The notes beneath the pieces were generated by a model. The model saw only the letters and a program-made list of their open reading frames with translations, was not told where the DNA came from and made no database searches. Below are positions 7,456 to 16,430 of a stretch of DNA of 64,000 bases, one piece after another. The translations under genes were made by a program, and so were the position numbers. How positions within the stretch are numbered: the stretch's first letter is position 1; each line of letters starts with the position of its first letter. Source of the DNA: Candidatus Latescibacterota bacterium (lineage in GTDB: Bacteria > Latescibacterota > UBA2968 > UBA8231); the NCBI GenBank assembly GCA_965215195.1, contig CBDCDC010000002.1, forward strand, positions 1,440,001-1,504,000, read 5' to 3'.

Positions 7456-10176
7456 ATGAGCGAAAAAGTTCTCTTCCTGCTCGATGGCATGGCGTTGGTC
7501 TATCGGGGTCATTTCGCCCTGATCCGCAACCCGCGCCTGACTTCAAAGGGCATGAACACTTCAGCCGTTTTTACCTTTGCCAACACCTTGCTCTCCATTA
7601 TCGAAAAGGGCGCGCCCACGCATATCGCCGCCGTCTTCGACACACCGGAGCCTACCCACCGACACCGCAAGTACGAAGAGTACAAAGCCCAGCGCGAGGC
7701 GATGCCCGAGGATCTGAGCCAAGCACTGCCGTACGTATTCCGGCTCTGCGAGGCGTTTAATGTCCCGGTCTTGCGCGCCCCCGGGTGGGAGGCCGACGAC
7801 GTGATCGGCACCTTGGCCAAAAAGGCCGAGGCCGAGGGATTTGCGACCTACATGGTCACGTCCGACAAGGACTACGGCCAGCTCGTTTCCGAGCAGAGCT
7901 TTATGTACAAGCCGGGGCGCGGCGGCGACCAAGCCGAGGTTTTGGGGGTGCCGGAAATTCTCGCACAATGGCAGATCGAGCAGATCGACCAAGTAGTTGA
8001 CGTGCTGGGGCTGATGGGCGATTCGTCGGACAATGTGCCCGGCGTACCTGGGATCGGTCCCAAGACAGCGCAAAAGCTCATCGCCCAGTACGGCAGCATC
8101 GAAGAGCTGCTGGCCCACTCCGACCAACTCAAGGGCAAGCAGAAACAGAACGTAGAGGAATACCGGGAACAGGCCCTGCTCTCCAAGGAGCTAGTTACCA
8201 TTGAGTGCAATGTGCCACTGGACGTGGGGCTGGCGGATTTGGCCAAGGCCGAGTGGGACCGCCAGAAGCTAGAGGCCCTCTTCACCGAGCTCGAATTCAA
8301 TACGCTGGGCAAGCGGCTTCTCGGCGACGAGTTTAGCACCGAAAGGGAACCGGCCCACGGCCCGCTCAAAGAAGTGGCCGATGTGGAGCACGACTATCAA
8401 CTCGTTGCTGCGCCCGACGAGCGGCGGGCGTTGATCGCGGCGCTTTTGCAGCAGTTGGCGTTTTGCTTCGACTGCGAGACCGATGGTCTCGACGCCCGGC
8501 AGTGCAATCTGATTGGCTTGGCCTTTTCGTGGGCACCGGGCAGCGGCTACTACGTGCCGCTGCCCCGCGACCGGCAAGAGCGGCGGGCCGTTTTGCAAGA
8601 ATTCCGCCCGGCCTTTGAAAACGGGGCGAGCGAAAAGATCGGACACAACCTCAAGTACGATCTCAGTGTACTCCGCTGGCACGGCATGCGGGTGGAAGGG
8701 CCTTTCTTCGACACGATGCTGGCGGCGACCTTGGCCGAGCCAGAGTTGAGACGCAGCATGGACGAGCTGGCCAAAAGCCTGCTCTCCTACGCGCCCAAGC
8801 CCATCTCCGCGTTGATCGGCGAGCGCGGTGCTGAGCAGCTAACGCTCTTGCAGGTGCCGCTGGAGCAAGTGGCCGAGTACGCCTGCGAGGACGCGGACAT
8901 CACCTTCCAGCTCGCCGCGGCCCTGCGGCCCAAAATCGCAGCCATGGACCAGCACCAAGTATTCTACGAGATCGAAGCCCCGCTCCTGCCGGTGCTGGTG
9001 GATATGGAATTCGAGGGCATCCGCATGGAAACGGCGGCCCTCTCCGCGCTCTCGCGGCAGTTTGAGGAGGCCATCGAACAGGCTGCTGAGCGCGTCTTTG
9101 CGCTGGCCGGGGAGCGCTTCAACCTCAATTCGGGCAACCAGCTAGGCACCATTCTCTTTGAGAAGATGGCGCTGGATCCCAATGCGCGGCGGACGCAAAA
9201 GACCGGCCAGTACCAGACGAGCGAACAGGTCTTGCGTCGGCTGTCCCATCGCCACGAAATCGCGCGGCAGGTGCTCAACTACCGCTTGCACACCAAGCTC
9301 AAGTCGACGTATGTCGATCAGTTGCCCAGCGCGGTCTATAAGGGGCGCGTCCACACCAATTACGAGCAGCTAATGACCGCGACCGGGCGCATGAAGTCCG
9401 ACCGCCCGAACCTCCAGAACATCCCCATCCGCAGCGAGCAAGGGCGGGAAATTCGCCGCGCCTTTGTGCCGCGCAGCGAGGAGTACGTGCTCTTTTCGGC
9501 GGACTATTCGCAGATAGAGTTGCGGATTACCGCTGCGCTCAGCCGCGATGCGGGGATGCTGCAAACCTTTCGCAGCGGCGGCGACATTCACGTGGCTACG
9601 GCCATGCGGATTTACCAAGTCGCCGAGGACCAAGTGACCGCCCAGATGCGGCGTCAGGCTAAGACGGTCAACTTTGGCATCATCTACGGGATCTCGCCCT
9701 TTGGCTTGGCCGAGCGGCTCGACATTTCTCGCGGCGCGGCTGCCGAGCAGATCGAGCAGTACTTCGCCCAGTACCCCGGAGTGCAGAATTATATTGACGA
9801 GACCGTGGCGTTTGCCCGCGACAAGGGCTACGTCGAAACGGTGACCGGGCGGCGGCGCTATCTGCGCGACATCAACTCGCGCAATGCCACCACCCGCAAA
9901 GGCGCCGAGCGCAACGCCATCAATACCCGCATTCAGGGTACGGCCGCCGACATGATCAAGCTGGCGATGAGCCGCATCCACCGCCTGCTCCGCGAGGAGG
10001 GGTTTCGCTCGGCCCTGCTGTTGCAGGTCCACGACGAGTTGGTCTTTGACCTGCACCAAGACGAGCTAGAGACCCTGCCGCCGCTAGTCGCACGCGAGAT
10101 GCGCGAGGCCCTGCCGATGGAGGTGCCGATAGAAATCGAGATGGGCACTGGAGAGAATTGGCTGGAGGCGCATTGA
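7456..10176 (+). CDS. polA: DNA polymerase I
   Basis: LLDGMALVYR, EADDVIG, FDCET exonuclease motif, SADYSQIELR, KTVNFGIIYG, LQVHDEL; start placed at MSEKVLF. Confidence 0.97.
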   Translation: MSEKVLFLLDGMALVYRGHFALIRNPRLTSKGMNTSAVFTFANTLLSIIEKGAPTHIAAVFDTPEPTHRHRKYEEYKAQREAMPEDLSQALPYVFRLCEAFNVPVLRAPGWEADDVIGTLAKKAEAEGFATYMVTSDKDYGQLVSEQSFMYKPGRGGDQAEVLGVPEILAQWQIEQIDQVVDVLGLMGDSSDNVPGVPGIGPKTAQKLIAQYGSIEELLAHSDQLKGKQKQNVEEYREQALLSKELVTIECNVPLDVGLADLAKAEWDRQKLEALFTELEFNTLGKRLLGDEFSTEREPAHGPLKEVADVEHDYQLVAAPDERRALIAALLQQLAFCFDCETDGLDARQCNLIGLAFSWAPGSGYYVPLPRDRQERRAVLQEFRPAFENGASEKIGHNLKYDLSVLRWHGMRVEGPFFDTMLAATLAEPELRRSMDELAKSLLSYAPKPISALIGERGAEQLTLLQVPLEQVAEYACEDADITFQLAAALRPKIAAMDQHQVFYEIEAPLLPVLVDMEFEGIRMETAALSALSRQFEEAIEQAAERVFALAGERFNLNSGNQLGTILFEKMALDPNARRTQKTGQYQTSEQVLRRLSHRHEIARQVLNYRLHTKLKSTYVDQLPSAVYKGRVHTNYEQLMTATGRMKSDRPNLQNIPIRSEQGREIRRAFVPRSEEYVLFSADYSQIELRITAALSRDAGMLQTFRSGGDIHVATAMRIYQVAEDQVTAQMRRQAKTVNFGIIYGISPFGLAERLDISRGAAAEQIEQYFAQYPGVQNYIDETVAFARDKGYVETVTGRRRYLRDINSRNATTRKGAERNAINTRIQGTAADMIKLAMSRIHRLLREEGFRSALLLQVHDELVFDLHQDELETLPPLVAREMREALPMEVPIEIEMGTGENWLEAH

Positions 10177-10208
10177 GAGGCCGAGCGATCTGTTCATCTA
10201 CCTACCGA

Positions 10209-10261
10209 AGTTCCTGTTGGCGGACAGGCTGCCCGCGCTCCCAGCAGACCCGGAATGGTAC
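10209..10261 (-). repeat. REP-like dispersed repeat, diverged copy
   Basis: Reverse complement gtaccattccg...gggagcgcgggcagcctgtccgccaacaggaact resembles the copies at 38436 and 54894. Confidence 0.7.
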
Positions 10262-10327
10262 GACCGCTTCTAAGCTATTGATTACATGCGGCAAAGTATG
10301 GCAAGTGCGTCTGCGGAGGGGCGCAAA

Positions 10328-12433
10328 ATGACCGAATACTCAGCGTCTAAAAAGATCAAGCCATCATCCGGCCTTGTGCGCGATGTGCGCCAATTGACGC
10401 TGGACGAACTGATTCGCCCGCGGCAAACGGAACACAGTCTCAGTATAGATCGCGCCTTCCCCGAGGAATTTGTCAACGACCTTTCCCGTCAGGAGGTGTT
10501 CAACAAACATCTCTTTCGGCCAAACACGTACCTACACAAGTGGTGGGCGCGGCGGTGCGGATCCACGTTTCGCACCATACTCAAGCAATTTGCAGCCAAC
10601 CGCGAGTGCCGCGATTACTACGCGCCTGGCGGCCTCGAAGGCATAACCGTGCTCGACCCAATGATGGGCGGCGGCACGACTCTGCACGAGGCGATTCGCC
10701 TCGGCGCGAACGTCGTCGGCGCGGATATCGACCCCATCCCGATTGTGCAGGCCCGAGCGTCGCTCACGCAGGTTGAGTTGACGAGTTTGCGAGCGGCTTT
10801 CAATGGGTTCTTCGCCGATCTGCACAATAGCTTGGGGCCTTATTTCCAGACCGAATGTCCAGTCTGCGAGCAGACTGGGGATATCCAGTATGTGCTACAC
10901 GGGCTGCGTAAAAAGTGCGCTTGTCGGAATGTCGTGCAGATTGACCAGTGCGATTTGCGACACGAAGACGACGCAAAAATCAGCATTTGCCCTGAGAGCT
11001 GGAAAATTTATCGCAAGCAAAATGGGCAACAGGACGCCGTCGCAACGCTATCTTCGCCGACCAGAACGGTCGGTGCAACCGCGAATCTGATTACCAAAAC
11101 CGAAAAAGAGTGTCCTATCTGCGGTCAGCAGTACGAGGAACGGCTCGACTTGCCGTTTTATGCGCGCTATACGCCGATTGCGATTGTTGCGGCCTGCCCT
11201 GAGCACGGCAACTTTTTTCGCTCGCCTAGTGAAGAGGATTTAGCGCGAATTGAGCGGGCCGACGAGCGGCGCAGCGAACTGGATTTCGGGCCGCTGGAGG
11301 ATTTCAAGGTGCATGACGGCCCCAAGTCCGGCGACCTGCTAAGGCACAATGTGCGTTCGTACCTCGATGTCTTTTCATCCCGTCAGCTACTGTACTTGCA
11401 TCAAGCGATTCGGCAACTGCGCGACTACGCGGGCATAGATAGACTCACCCTCGGGATGCTTGTGTCCACATCTTTAGAGTTCAATGCAATGCTCTGTGGG
11501 TACAAGGGTTGGTACAAACGCCGTCCGGGCGCGATTCGGCACGTTTTCGCTTTGCACGCTTACTCGTTCCAATACACGGTGCTGGAGAACAACCCGGTCA
11601 ATCCTCGCAAGTCGTCCGGCAACCTGCAATTGCTCTTTCGCGACCGGATTGAGCGGGGGCGCAAGTGGTCGGTATTGCCCGTTGAACGGAAAATTGGCGA
11701 AGGCGGCAAAAGGCAGTTAGTCAAGATACCGGGAGAAGTGGATGACGGCCTTGAGGTTTGCACTCAGGCTGAACTCGTGCGCGATCGGAGCCGGTTTTGG
11801 CTCATTCAGGGCGATTCGCAGAGCTTGCCCCTCAACGACCATTCCGTAGATGTAATCGCGACCGATCCGCCTTATTACGACAGTGTGCAATACAGCAATT
11901 TAGCGGCCTTTTTTCGGGTGTGGCTGACGCGCCTGCTTCCCGACGAGGCCGAGTGGAATTACGACGAATCCGGTAGTGCTGTGGCGACAAAAGCGACCAC
12001 TGGCGTCAGCAATTTCATGAGGGTACTCGCGGGAATTTTCGCAGAGTGCGGGCGCGTACTAAAGAAACAGAGCGGACGGATGGTATTTACTTTTCACCAC
12101 TGGGATCCCAAGGCGTGGGCCGAGCTCACGTTGGCCCTCAAAAGCGCCGGGTTTAGGCTGATGAACGCTTACGTAGTGTACTCCGAACATCCTATCTCAG
12201 TACACATTCGCAACTTGAACTCAATCCGGCACGACAGCATTTTGGTTTTCGCTCTCGACGGCAACAGCCCTTCTACTCCGTGGACGCCCTTAGACGCTAT
12301 TGACACCAATGACAGCGAAACGTTTTGCCGACAATGCGGCGCAACGTTGGGCTGGTTGTTGGAAAGTGCATTCTCGCCGGCCGAAGTTCGCGCCGCTTGG
12401 AAAAGTCTCATGCGAGAAGACTCTGATGGCTGA
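10328..12433 (+). CDS. adenine-specific DNA methyltransferase with Zn-ribbon (DUF1156-like)
   Basis: LHKWWARR, VLDPMMGGGTT, CxxC clusters, TDPPYYD, FTFHH; lower GC. Confidence 0.88.
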   Translation: MTEYSASKKIKPSSGLVRDVRQLTLDELIRPRQTEHSLSIDRAFPEEFVNDLSRQEVFNKHLFRPNTYLHKWWARRCGSTFRTILKQFAANRECRDYYAPGGLEGITVLDPMMGGGTTLHEAIRLGANVVGADIDPIPIVQARASLTQVELTSLRAAFNGFFADLHNSLGPYFQTECPVCEQTGDIQYVLHGLRKKCACRNVVQIDQCDLRHEDDAKISICPESWKIYRKQNGQQDAVATLSSPTRTVGATANLITKTEKECPICGQQYEERLDLPFYARYTPIAIVAACPEHGNFFRSPSEEDLARIERADERRSELDFGPLEDFKVHDGPKSGDLLRHNVRSYLDVFSSRQLLYLHQAIRQLRDYAGIDRLTLGMLVSTSLEFNAMLCGYKGWYKRRPGAIRHVFALHAYSFQYTVLENNPVNPRKSSGNLQLLFRDRIERGRKWSVLPVERKIGEGGKRQLVKIPGEVDDGLEVCTQAELVRDRSRFWLIQGDSQSLPLNDHSVDVIATDPPYYDSVQYSNLAAFFRVWLTRLLPDEAEWNYDESGSAVATKATTGVSNFMRVLAGIFAECGRVLKKQSGRMVFTFHHWDPKAWAELTLALKSAGFRLMNAYVVYSEHPISVHIRNLNSIRHDSILVFALDGNSPSTPWTPLDAIDTNDSETFCRQCGATLGWLLESAFSPAEVRAAWKSLMREDSDG

Positions 12434-12533
12434 GAACTTGGGCAGACGGCCGGCGGAAATTTTTGGAGTTGGATGGAACCCTCGTGGTTGCCCAACGACC
12501 AACGCGACGACACACAACCGAGAAAGGCACTAA
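12426..12533 (+). pseudogene. N-terminal stump of a probable cognate (NotI-family-like) restriction endonuclease
   Basis: ATG overlaps the MTase end; MAENLGRRPAEIFG then unrelated sequence and a stop after 35 codons. Confidence 0.4.
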
Positions 12534-12538
12534 CAATA

Positions 12539-13588
12539 ATGGGCGAGCGCAGCCGCGGCTTTGGCAGCGACAATCACGCCGGGGTCCACCCCGAGGTCAT
12601 GGCGGCCTTACAGCGAGTCAACGTGGGGCACGTACATTCCTATGGGAACGACCCCCACACCGCTGCAGCCGTCGCGCTTTTTCGCGAGGTGTTGGGCGCG
12701 GAGGTAGAGGTCTTCTTTGCGTTCAACGGCACCGGGGCCAATGTCACGGCCCTTTCCGCAGTCACGCGCTTTTACGACGCGGTGATCTGCTCGGACACCG
12801 CGCATCTCCACATCGACGAATGCGGTGCCCCCGAACAGGTGGCCGGCGTCAAGCTCCTGACCGCGCCCGCGCCCGACGGCAAAATCACCCCCGAAGGAAT
12901 CGCCGCCCACATTGCGGCTCGCGGCGACGAGCACCAAGTGCGCCCCCGCGTAGTGTCGATTACTCAAGCTACCGAACTAGGCACTGTCTATGCGCCGAGC
13001 GAGATTCGCGCCCTCGCCGACTGCGCCCACGAGCACGGGCTGCTCCTGCACGTCGATGGGGCGCGGATCGCCAACGCAGCCGTGGGCTTGGGGCTGGAAT
13101 TGCGGGAGATTACCGGGGATTGCGGGGTTGATGTACTGTCGTTTGGCGGCACCAAGAACGGCCTGATGCTGGGGGAAGCCGTGGTCTTTTTTCAGCCTGA
13201 GTTGGCCGAGCACTATCGCCGGGCGCGCAAGCAGGGGATGCAACTGGCCTCTAAGATGCGCTTTGTCGCCGCGCAGTTTACGGCCCTGTTGACTGACGAT
13301 CTATGGCGTCGGAGCGCCCAGCACGCCAACGCCATGGCGCAGGTGCTGGCCGAGCGCGTGCGACCCATTCGCGGGGTGGAAGTGATCTACCCCGTGCAGG
13401 CCAACGCCATCTTCGCCCGGTTGCCGACAGAAGTGATTCCCAGCTTGCAGCAGGAATTTTTCTTTTATCCTTGGAATGCCACGCGAGGCGAAGTGCGCTG
13501 GATGACCTCGTTTGACACCGAGGAAGAAGACATAGAGGCGTTTGCGACCCTAATCGAAAAAACCATGACAGAAAGGAACGCATCGTGA
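12539..13588 (+). CDS. ltaE: low-specificity L-threonine aldolase
   Basis: FGSDNHAG, NGTGAN, LHVDGARIANA, SFGGTKNG, ASKMRF. Confidence 0.88.
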   Translation: MGERSRGFGSDNHAGVHPEVMAALQRVNVGHVHSYGNDPHTAAAVALFREVLGAEVEVFFAFNGTGANVTALSAVTRFYDAVICSDTAHLHIDECGAPEQVAGVKLLTAPAPDGKITPEGIAAHIAARGDEHQVRPRVVSITQATELGTVYAPSEIRALADCAHEHGLLLHVDGARIANAAVGLGLELREITGDCGVDVLSFGGTKNGLMLGEAVVFFQPELAEHYRRARKQGMQLASKMRFVAAQFTALLTDDLWRRSAQHANAMAQVLAERVRPIRGVEVIYPVQANAIFARLPTEVIPSLQQEFFFYPWNATRGEVRWMTSFDTEEEDIEAFATLIEKTMTERNAS

Positions 13589-14418
13589 TCATCGACACCC
13601 ATACCCATTTCTACGATCCCACGCGGCCCGAAGGAGTCCCTTGGCCACCGGCCGACAACGCGCTGCTCTACCGCCCGGTATTGCCCGAGCACCACCGCGC
13701 CCTCGCCGCGCCCGAAGGGGTGACCGGGACGGTGGTGGTAGAGGCCAGTGCATGGCTGGCAGACAATCAGTGGATTCTAAATTTGGCCGCTGACGACCCG
13801 TGGATCGTCGGGCTGGTGGGCCACGTCGATCCCAACCGCACGGCCTTCCAAGGCGACATCGACCGCCTTGCGGCAAACGCGCTCTTCCGCGGCATTCGCT
13901 GCGGCAGCGGGTATTTTGCCGACTTGCAGGCCGGGTCTTTTCTCGCCGACATGGAGCACCTCGTCGCGCGGGATTTGCAACTCGACGCGCTAGTGGGGCC
14001 GGCTGACTTGGCCCAAGTGGCCGAACTGGCCCGGTGCCTGCCCGAACTGCGCATCGTCATCAACCACTGCGGCGGGGTCGGGACCGATGGCGGCGATCCC
14101 GATTCGGCGTGGTTAGACGCCATAGCCCAAGCGGCTGAGCAGCCGCAGGTCTTTATGAAGGTCTCGGCGATAATGGAGCAAAGCAGGGTGGATCCGGCAC
14201 CGGAAGAGTTGGACTTCTATCGCCCGATCCTCGACGCAATGTGGGACGCCTTTGGCGCAGACCGCGTGATCTACGGCAGCAATTGGCCCGTCAGCGACCG
14301 GGCGGGCAGTTTCAAGGCCGCCATTTCCATTGTCAAAGCGTACTTTGGCGAAAAGGGCGCGGCCGAGAACTATCTCTGGAAAAATGGCAAGACCGCCTAC
14401 AAGTGGTTAGACCGCTAA
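13585..14418 (+). CDS. amidohydrolase family protein (L-fuconolactonase-like)
   Basis: IIDTHTHF, VINH, YGSNWPVS. Confidence 0.85.
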   Translation: MIIDTHTHFYDPTRPEGVPWPPADNALLYRPVLPEHHRALAAPEGVTGTVVVEASAWLADNQWILNLAADDPWIVGLVGHVDPNRTAFQGDIDRLAANALFRGIRCGSGYFADLQAGSFLADMEHLVARDLQLDALVGPADLAQVAELARCLPELRIVINHCGGVGTDGGDPDSAWLDAIAQAAEQPQVFMKVSAIMEQSRVDPAPEELDFYRPILDAMWDAFGADRVIYGSNWPVSDRAGSFKAAISIVKAYFGEKGAAENYLWKNGKTAYKWLDR

Positions 14419-14428
14419 GGAGGCCATT

Positions 14429-15733
14429 GTGAAATTCTGGGTTTTCACCCACAGCGACCAGCCCCTCGAACACTGGCTCGAAGGCTACCAGCAGCGCTTC
14501 GACGCTTGGGAAGAAGGCGGCGTAGAAGGCATTATTGTCGGCCGCATGCAGTTTAAGCAGGACGATGGCTCGGTGCTCCCCAGCTATCCGGCCAATCCCC
14601 AGCTCTACGCTGAGCACGGCGTCGAGCCGCCGGAGGAGACGCCCCGCGACCTAGCAAAAGAAAAAAAGCTCCAAGCCATGATGGACGACGCAGCCGTGCG
14701 CGGCTGGCAGATTATGACCTTTGGCATGGGTCGCGGTGGGTTGGTCGGGCTGGAGGACTTGATCGCGTTCTACCCCCAAGTAAAAGGCGTCATTATCGAC
14801 GGCCCCGGCGAAAACCACTACGAGCTAGCGTTCCACCACGGCGGGGAGCTTTTGGAACTCCGACCCGGTGAAGATCAGCTCTTTGCCGGCATGGGAGCCG
14901 ATGTCGGGCGGATGCAGCGCGGCATCGACCATCTGCGGCAGGCCCTGTGTCGGCTGACGCCCCAGCGGGTGCGCTACCTCGCCCAAGGCGGCCTCTTTTC
15001 AGTGCTGAACTTAATCGACCTCAACGAGGACGGGCTGTATTGGTTGCGGATGCGGCAGGAGAAGTCGCGCCGCGCTTGGGAAGACGCTCGCGCAATCGTC
15101 GATCGGGCCTCGCGCAAGATCGAGCTGGGCGGCATTCCGCGCACGGCCGTCTTTTCTGGGTTGACCGGGCAGGACTACGAGCGGATGGCCGGATACTTCG
15201 ATTATATACTGCCCAAGCACTACTACTGGCATCGCGGGTTCGACGGCCTTTACGGCACGGTGGCGCGCTGGGTGCAGACGCTTGGGGCGTGGAATCCGGG
15301 GCTAACGGAAGAAGACGCTTTTGCCGTGATCGAGGCGCTTTTTGGCATCAAACTACCGCAGGTGCGGACGCTTTTTGACTTGGAGGCGGGCTTTCCCGAC
15401 GAGTTTTTCAGCGAAATCGTGTACGGCGAAACGCGCCGCGCCTTGGAGGCGGCCGGTGCCGACAAGGTGATTTGCTGGGTCTCGACTGGTCGCACGCCGC
15501 ACGCCGGCGATCCCATGCCCGCGCGCGATCTGCTCGGCATTTTGCGGGCGTCCGCGGCGGCCGGACTCAAGCGCTTCGTCTTTCACCCAGAGGGCATGGG
15601 CGCGTCCGAGTGGCGGGTTTTGACAAAGTTCTGCGGGACGCCGTGGCGCGAGGATCCGAGCGGGTATTGGCCTTCGGGCACTGAGAAGCCAGATGCCTTT
15701 AATGGGGGACGCAAGAAAACAGATCAGCACTGA
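14429..15733 (+). CDS. hypothetical protein, possibly TIM-barrel or glycoside-hydrolase-like
   Basis: 434-aa ORF with RBS aaggagg, inside an operon; PKHYYWHRGFDG. Confidence 0.7.
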   Translation: MKFWVFTHSDQPLEHWLEGYQQRFDAWEEGGVEGIIVGRMQFKQDDGSVLPSYPANPQLYAEHGVEPPEETPRDLAKEKKLQAMMDDAAVRGWQIMTFGMGRGGLVGLEDLIAFYPQVKGVIIDGPGENHYELAFHHGGELLELRPGEDQLFAGMGADVGRMQRGIDHLRQALCRLTPQRVRYLAQGGLFSVLNLIDLNEDGLYWLRMRQEKSRRAWEDARAIVDRASRKIELGGIPRTAVFSGLTGQDYERMAGYFDYILPKHYYWHRGFDGLYGTVARWVQTLGAWNPGLTEEDAFAVIEALFGIKLPQVRTLFDLEAGFPDEFFSEIVYGETRRALEAAGADKVICWVSTGRTPHAGDPMPARDLLGILRASAAAGLKRFVFHPEGMGASEWRVLTKFCGTPWREDPSGYWPSGTEKPDAFNGGRKKTDQH

Positions 15734-15750
15734 GCACGCGGAGGTTGAAA

Positions 15751-16389
15751 ATGCACGACGCATGGAAGCCCATCTACTCGGCTTTAGTTACCGACATCAT
15801 GGATCAACTCGGCTACCGCGATCAGGCCATGACCCCGGATATCCGGCCCAGCCGGGCCGACGCCTTCATCGCCGGTCCGGCTCTCACCATTGACGCGTAC
15901 GCCGATACCGATCCCCACCCGGATCCCTACGGCCAAATTTTTGCCGCGTACGAGCAAGCCAGCCCGGGCGACGTTTTCGTCATCGCCACCAACGGCGAAG
16001 AGCGCTCCGGCCTGTGGGGCGAGCTCCTCTCCACGGCCGCCCAAGCTCGCGGCGTCAAATCCGTGCTCACCGACGGCTTGGTCCGCGACGTGCGCCAGAT
16101 GAACGCCATGGGCTACAACTGCTTCTGCAAAGGCTATTCGCCGCTCGACTCGGCTGGCCGCATCCTCGCCAAAACGATCAACCAACCCATCGCCTGCGGT
16201 GGCGTACAGGTTCACCCCGGCGATTTTATTCTAGCCGACTACGACGGCGTGGCCGTGATTCCGGCGGCGATCAAAGGCCAAGTCCACAAAAAGGCCATGG
16301 AAAAACTCGCCGGGGAAAACGTCGTGCGCGATGAACTCGCTGCGGGGCAGTCGCCGCGGGAGGTTTTTGATCGCTACGGGATACTGTGA
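15751..16389 (+). CDS. RraA/HMG aldolase family protein
   Basis: WGELLSTAA, DGLVRD, PGDFILADYDGV. Confidence 0.9.
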   Translation: MHDAWKPIYSALVTDIMDQLGYRDQAMTPDIRPSRADAFIAGPALTIDAYADTDPHPDPYGQIFAAYEQASPGDVFVIATNGEERSGLWGELLSTAAQARGVKSVLTDGLVRDVRQMNAMGYNCFCKGYSPLDSAGRILAKTINQPIACGGVQVHPGDFILADYDGVAVIPAAIKGQVHKKAMEKLAGENVVRDELAAGQSPREVFDRYGIL

Positions 16390-16430
16390 GGGGAAGGCGG
16401 TATTCTATAGGTGCCATTATCTAATGTGGC

